From contig CBDDEL010000008.1 in the NCBI GenBank assembly GCA_965226885.1, forward strand, positions 1 to 54,997: a stretch of DNA of 54,997 nucleotides, written 5' to 3'. Numbering within the stretch: position 1 is the first letter of the stretch; each line of letters opens with the position of its first letter. The stretch is from Opitutales bacterium. GTDB taxonomy: Bacteria; Verrucomicrobiota; Verrucomicrobiia; Opitutales; UBA2987. The notes beneath the pieces are model-generated. The model ran no database searches. It was not told the DNA's origin and saw only the letters and a list, made by a program, of their open reading frames with translations. Positions 51,261-54,997 of the stretch are shown here, in pieces. The position numbers were made by a program, and so were the translations under genes.

Positions 51261-52391
51261 TACCAAATCGCAAAAGGATTGATAAAGATTAAAAAACAGC
51301 TATAAAGGCGGAATGAGAAGATATATGGGAACCGATGAAGACCGTGAACGTATCAAGAAATTGCTCAACAAAGAGACTATCGGCTGGCGTAAAGAGCGTT
51401 TGGTGGCATTAAAAATGGGCTTCCAGCCGCACCACAGCATTGATGAAATTGGAGCCATCGTGGGCCGAGGCAAAGCGACGATCCAGCGTTGGTTTGACAA
51501 ATATCGTGCTGCAGGGCTCGGGGCGGTGCTTACACGCGCCTACAAAGGCGGGATCAAAAGCCGTTGCGACAAAGAGGTGGAGGCCTTCTTGCTCAATGGT
51601 TTGAAGGTCGCGCGCTGGAACACAGCCGTTCAGGCGGGGCAAGAGCTGGAGCGACATTTCGGGCGCTCCTTCGCCTACAAGACGGTGTGGCGATGGCTAA
51701 AAAAATGCGCCGGGGTGCTTCGAGTCCCTCGCCCCGTGCATGAGAAACGGGACTCGGCAAAAGCGGAAGCGTTCAAGCGAGACTTTTTTAAGATCCTCCA
51801 GGAGCTTTCCCTCACCCGAGGCAATCGGGTTCGGGTGTGGTTTGCCGATGAAAGCCGTTTTGGTTTGCTTCCGGTGTACCGCCGGTGCTGGACGCAAAGA
51901 GGGCTTCGGCCGCACAAAAAATATCAGACAAGATACCAGTGGAGCTACTGTTACGGAGCCCTCGACGTGGTCAACGGCGAGATGGTATGCATCCAAACCC
52001 CTAGCACGAATCTACAGTGGACGGAGGCTTTCCTCCAACAGATCAAAAAGCAATATCCTGAGGAGGAACATGTGGTTGTATGGGACGGGGCAGGCTTCCA
52101 TCCGCACGACTCGGAGCACCCCAACGTCCCCCCGGGCATACATATCGTGAATTTGCCGCCGTATAGTCCTGAACTCAACCCGATTGAAAGACTTTGGGAT
52201 ATGATACAGGATCAAACGGCCAACAAACTGTGGCCGAGCATTGAGCGACTCGAAGAAGTCGTCGCAACCCATCTCAAAGACTGGTGGGAGGACACTGAAA
52301 AAGTCCTCTCTTTAGTTGGCGGAGGCTGGCAGCACATTCAAGCAAACGCTTCTGCCAAATAACTTATTATCATACCTAATGAGATTTGGTA
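51261..52391 (+). mobile_element. IS630-family insertion sequence, type 2
   Basis: IRs TACCAAATC.CA; flanked by TAA/TAA. Confidence 0.9.
51313..52362 (+). CDS. IS630 transposase
   Basis: WFADESRFG, VWDGAGFH, LPPYSPELNPIERLW. Confidence 0.93.
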   Translation: MRRYMGTDEDRERIKKLLNKETIGWRKERLVALKMGFQPHHSIDEIGAIVGRGKATIQRWFDKYRAAGLGAVLTRAYKGGIKSRCDKEVEAFLLNGLKVARWNTAVQAGQELERHFGRSFAYKTVWRWLKKCAGVLRVPRPVHEKRDSAKAEAFKRDFFKILQELSLTRGNRVRVWFADESRFGLLPVYRRCWTQRGLRPHKKYQTRYQWSYCYGALDVVNGEMVCIQTPSTNLQWTEAFLQQIKKQYPEEEHVVVWDGAGFHPHDSEHPNVPPGIHIVNLPPYSPELNPIERLWDMIQDQTANKLWPSIERLEEVVATHLKDWWEDTEKVLSLVGGGWQHIQANASAK

Positions 52392-52667
52392 TAACATTGT
52401 ATCGGATTGATTCGTCAAAAAATTCCGGTTCGGATCCAACAAGCACAATCCGCGATAAATGACCGTCAATACTAAGCTCATTTAAGTCCACCCCATCGAT
52501 GAATATCGTATCGGTCGGACAATTGTAAAAGCGCATGAGTAATCGCAAAAGTGTCGTTTGTGTCGTTTTTCCGGACCCCGTTTTACCAACAATAGCAGTG
52601 TGCCGGTTGACCGGAATTACACAATTTACGCCACGCAAGGTTTTATCTCTGCGGGTATAGGAAAATC

Positions 52668-53471
52668 GGTAGTGTATTAAGTAGGAATGGTGGCTAATTC
52701 TTGATTATATTGATGAATGAAAAGTCTCAGACAGGTTTCATGCATACTCTTAAAAGCTTGGAAAAGGAGAGGGTTTTGCGTGTGAAACGACCCAGTCGTT
52801 GGCGCAGGGTATTGTTCCATCGTTCCACATGGGCCGTTTCACCGGTTTCTTTTCCCACGGATCGGTTATGAGGAAAGACTTCATCATAAGTGCTCCAAAA
52901 GTCGCTGTAGGTGGCACATCTTTTGTAGGCCCGTGGCAGACGCTCGTAAAGTTCCCGGCAACGATACCAATCCCGAGGCCCAATGGCATAGGAGAGGATT
53001 TGACGGGTGCGTCGGCAAAGAGCGATCCAAACCCATTGGGCATCGCTCTTGCGCCCCACAAAAGACCACAGTTCGTCCAGTTCAATGACATCATGGCGGC
53101 GGGCCGCAAGAATCGTGCTTTTGAGCGGTCGCAGCGATTGTCGTTTTTTTTAACCAACTCAAAACGGTGTTGGGACTCACCCCGAAGGCGCGCTGTAAAC
53201 CGCGTAGACTGCTGCGTTCCTGATAGACTCGAAGGATCATTTCTTTTTGCTCTTCGGTGTATTTCACTGTGGGGTTTTCGCGGCTTTGTTTACCACAATC
53301 ATGGCAGCGGTAGCGCTGTTTATGGTTGGGCGTCTTGCCAAATTTAATGATATTTTCACTTCCACAGTGCCGACAATTAATAATTTTAGTAACCATGCAC
53401 TAAGAATAAACTGCCTAACGCTATTTGTACAGCTAAAAATACAAAATAACATTCTTTTTTTATACACTACC
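52668..53471 (-). mobile_element. IS1-family insertion sequence (insA 53091-53396; insB ~52680-53145 with a 3' frameshift)
   Basis: IRs GGTAGTGTAT; 8-bp TSD GGAAAATC; insA zinc ribbon CRHCGS...YRCHDC; insB ELDELWSFV, HVERWNNTLRQ. Confidence 0.94.
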
Positions 53472-54399
53472 GGAAAATCTAAGATTGCGGAATTCAATCT
53501 CACTGATAAACGGATCGCTCAATTTTGCGCCATCGGTGACAATATATTTTTGATCATTGCTCAACAGATCAGAAAATCTCTCAACATGCCGTGAAATACT
53601 GGCCCACTCCTCCGGTATTTTAAGAACGTTCGAAAAGGCTCCCACGCAACGACGGACGAGCAGAAAGAAAACAATGGACTTCGGCAATACATCAGCACTA
53701 CTGCTCCTGACCATGAATGCGACTGTTACGAAAATCAGCAAGAGAACCAGTATCGCAACCAGGTTTTTAAGCGGGCTTACAAAATCGAGGAACTTCCATT
53801 CTGCAATTTTCACTTCCCGTTGTTCCTTCGCCAAATCATCCCATGCTTTCAGTTCTTTCTGCTCCGTACGAACCTGTTTAACCAAACTGATATTACTCAG
53901 GATTTCCAGCACCGATGAAGACGATTTTTCTTCCACGCTTTCAACTTTATCAGCCAGCGACTGTATGTTTTTGGTCAGCCTGGTGAAAATAATATAATAG
54001 GCACTGAGAAAAACCAGGGTAACAGCGGTAAGACGCCACCATACAAACGTCATGGCAGCAATATAGAGTGACAAAGATACAACGGAAATGATCGTACGGT
54101 TAAGGATTGTGAATGCTTTCGCAACCCGACTGGGCAACCTGCATAAGCGGCTGGCGTTTCTTCCTAATGGCTTGAGGTCAAAATATTGCTGACCAAACTT
54201 CAGAAAACGTTCCAGAAGTAGCCGGCTCAAACGGGTTTCAATTTCAATTACCCGGTGCCTCACCGTCTGTTTGGAAACATAGGCTGATCCCATAGGCTGA
54301 TCCCATTTGAATCAAGGCTGCCAAAAGCAAAAGCACCAATAAAAAGAAAACCGGATCTTCCGGCACGTAACGTTCCAGAATAATAGAAAAACGCCCTAA

Positions 54400-54997
54400 C
54401 CCGGATATTTCGTAAAAAAAGTATCGTTGATATGCTTAACTGCTGATATACAGCAGGATAGATCAATAATTAAAGCAATATCAGCGATGACAAAAGGTAA
54501 ACAATTAAAGCTACAGTTGACAAGGAAAGCTACAGTTGACAAGGGTAAAAGGCCGCCGTGTGCGGGTTGATTTCAAGGGCGGAGAGGTTACTTCGGATGC
54601 CGGACTGCTTTTGATCCGGGAAGTGGATCGGCAGTTGGGCTTGACCGAACGAGCGGCCCGACAGTTAGTGGACAAACGGCAGAAGGGCAAAGTACGCCAT
54701 GAGGTATTGGGGATGCTGCGGCAGCGCGTTTACGGGCTGGTGGCGGGCTATGAGGATTTGAACGACTTTGATACCCTGCGCCACGATCCATTGTTGCAAA
54801 CGGTAACGGGGCGCATTGAAACGTTGGCCAGCGCGCCGACTTTGTGTCGTTTTGAAAACGGGCAGGATCGGCGGGCGGCCTTTGCGGTAAACGAGCTGTT
54901 GGTCGAACAGTTCATGGGCTCTTTTGCCGAGGAACCCGAAGAGATCATCCTGGACTTTGACGCCACCGACAATCCGGTGCACGGGCTCCAGGAGGGA
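54400..54997 (+). mobile_element. IS1380-family copy C (runs off the window; frameshifted by a 19-bp duplication)
   Basis: Left IR CCCGGATATTTC after CTAA; AAAGCTACAGTTGACAAGG x2 at 54507-54544. Confidence 0.93.

Larger units (their letters stand above)
50812..54399 (-). pseudogene. ABC exporter (fused TMD-NBD, MsbA/HetA-like) broken by IS630, IS1, IS1380 and two micro-duplications
   Basis: TMD 53480-54399; IEFRNLRFS|YTR...GKTGSGKT 52392-52667; SIRYNV|TYG...LSAGERQR, ILDEATSALD 50812-51260. Both IS junctions rejoin in frame. Confidence 0.92.

Noticed and set aside
1..54997. CRISPR array, rRNA, prophage or defence system; many long antisense ORFs
   Set aside because: No regularly spaced repeat-spacer series or recognisable genes. 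The antisense ORFs are shadows of GC-rich coding regions.

Overview
Bacterial chromosomal segment, probably Verrucomicrobiota/Opitutales (inferred from protein similarity recalled by eye, not from a search). An intact housekeeping backbone (aminopeptidase, trpS, UDPGP/PGM, queF, 5'-3' exonuclease, hisG, rplM-rpsI, argCJBDFG, tRNA-Leu) is heavily invaded by insertion sequences. About 14 elements or remnants from IS1380, IS1, IS3, IS630, IS5-like and IS21 cover roughly 18 kb, about one third of the window. Most have clean inverted repeats and target-site duplications (TSDs), so the disrupted host genes can be rebuilt in frame: transaldolase, a secretin C-terminus, a SipW-like peptidase, a DUF1420-like membrane protein and a triply interrupted ABC exporter. 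The most unusual signals are: (1) many 8-19 bp perfect tandem micro-duplications, almost all in IS copies and pseudogenes, four of them shown to be derived by unduplicated sibling copies in the window; (2) two IPTL-CTERM surface-protein genes with unrelated bodies sharing a ~175 bp 3' module whose far end coincides with breakpoints; (3) an alternative sigma-70 factor flanked by two SipW/Sec11-type peptidase paralogues; (4) a foldback IS1 structure and +1 frame junctions in both IS1 types. No CRISPR array, rRNA, integrase or reverse transcriptase was seen.
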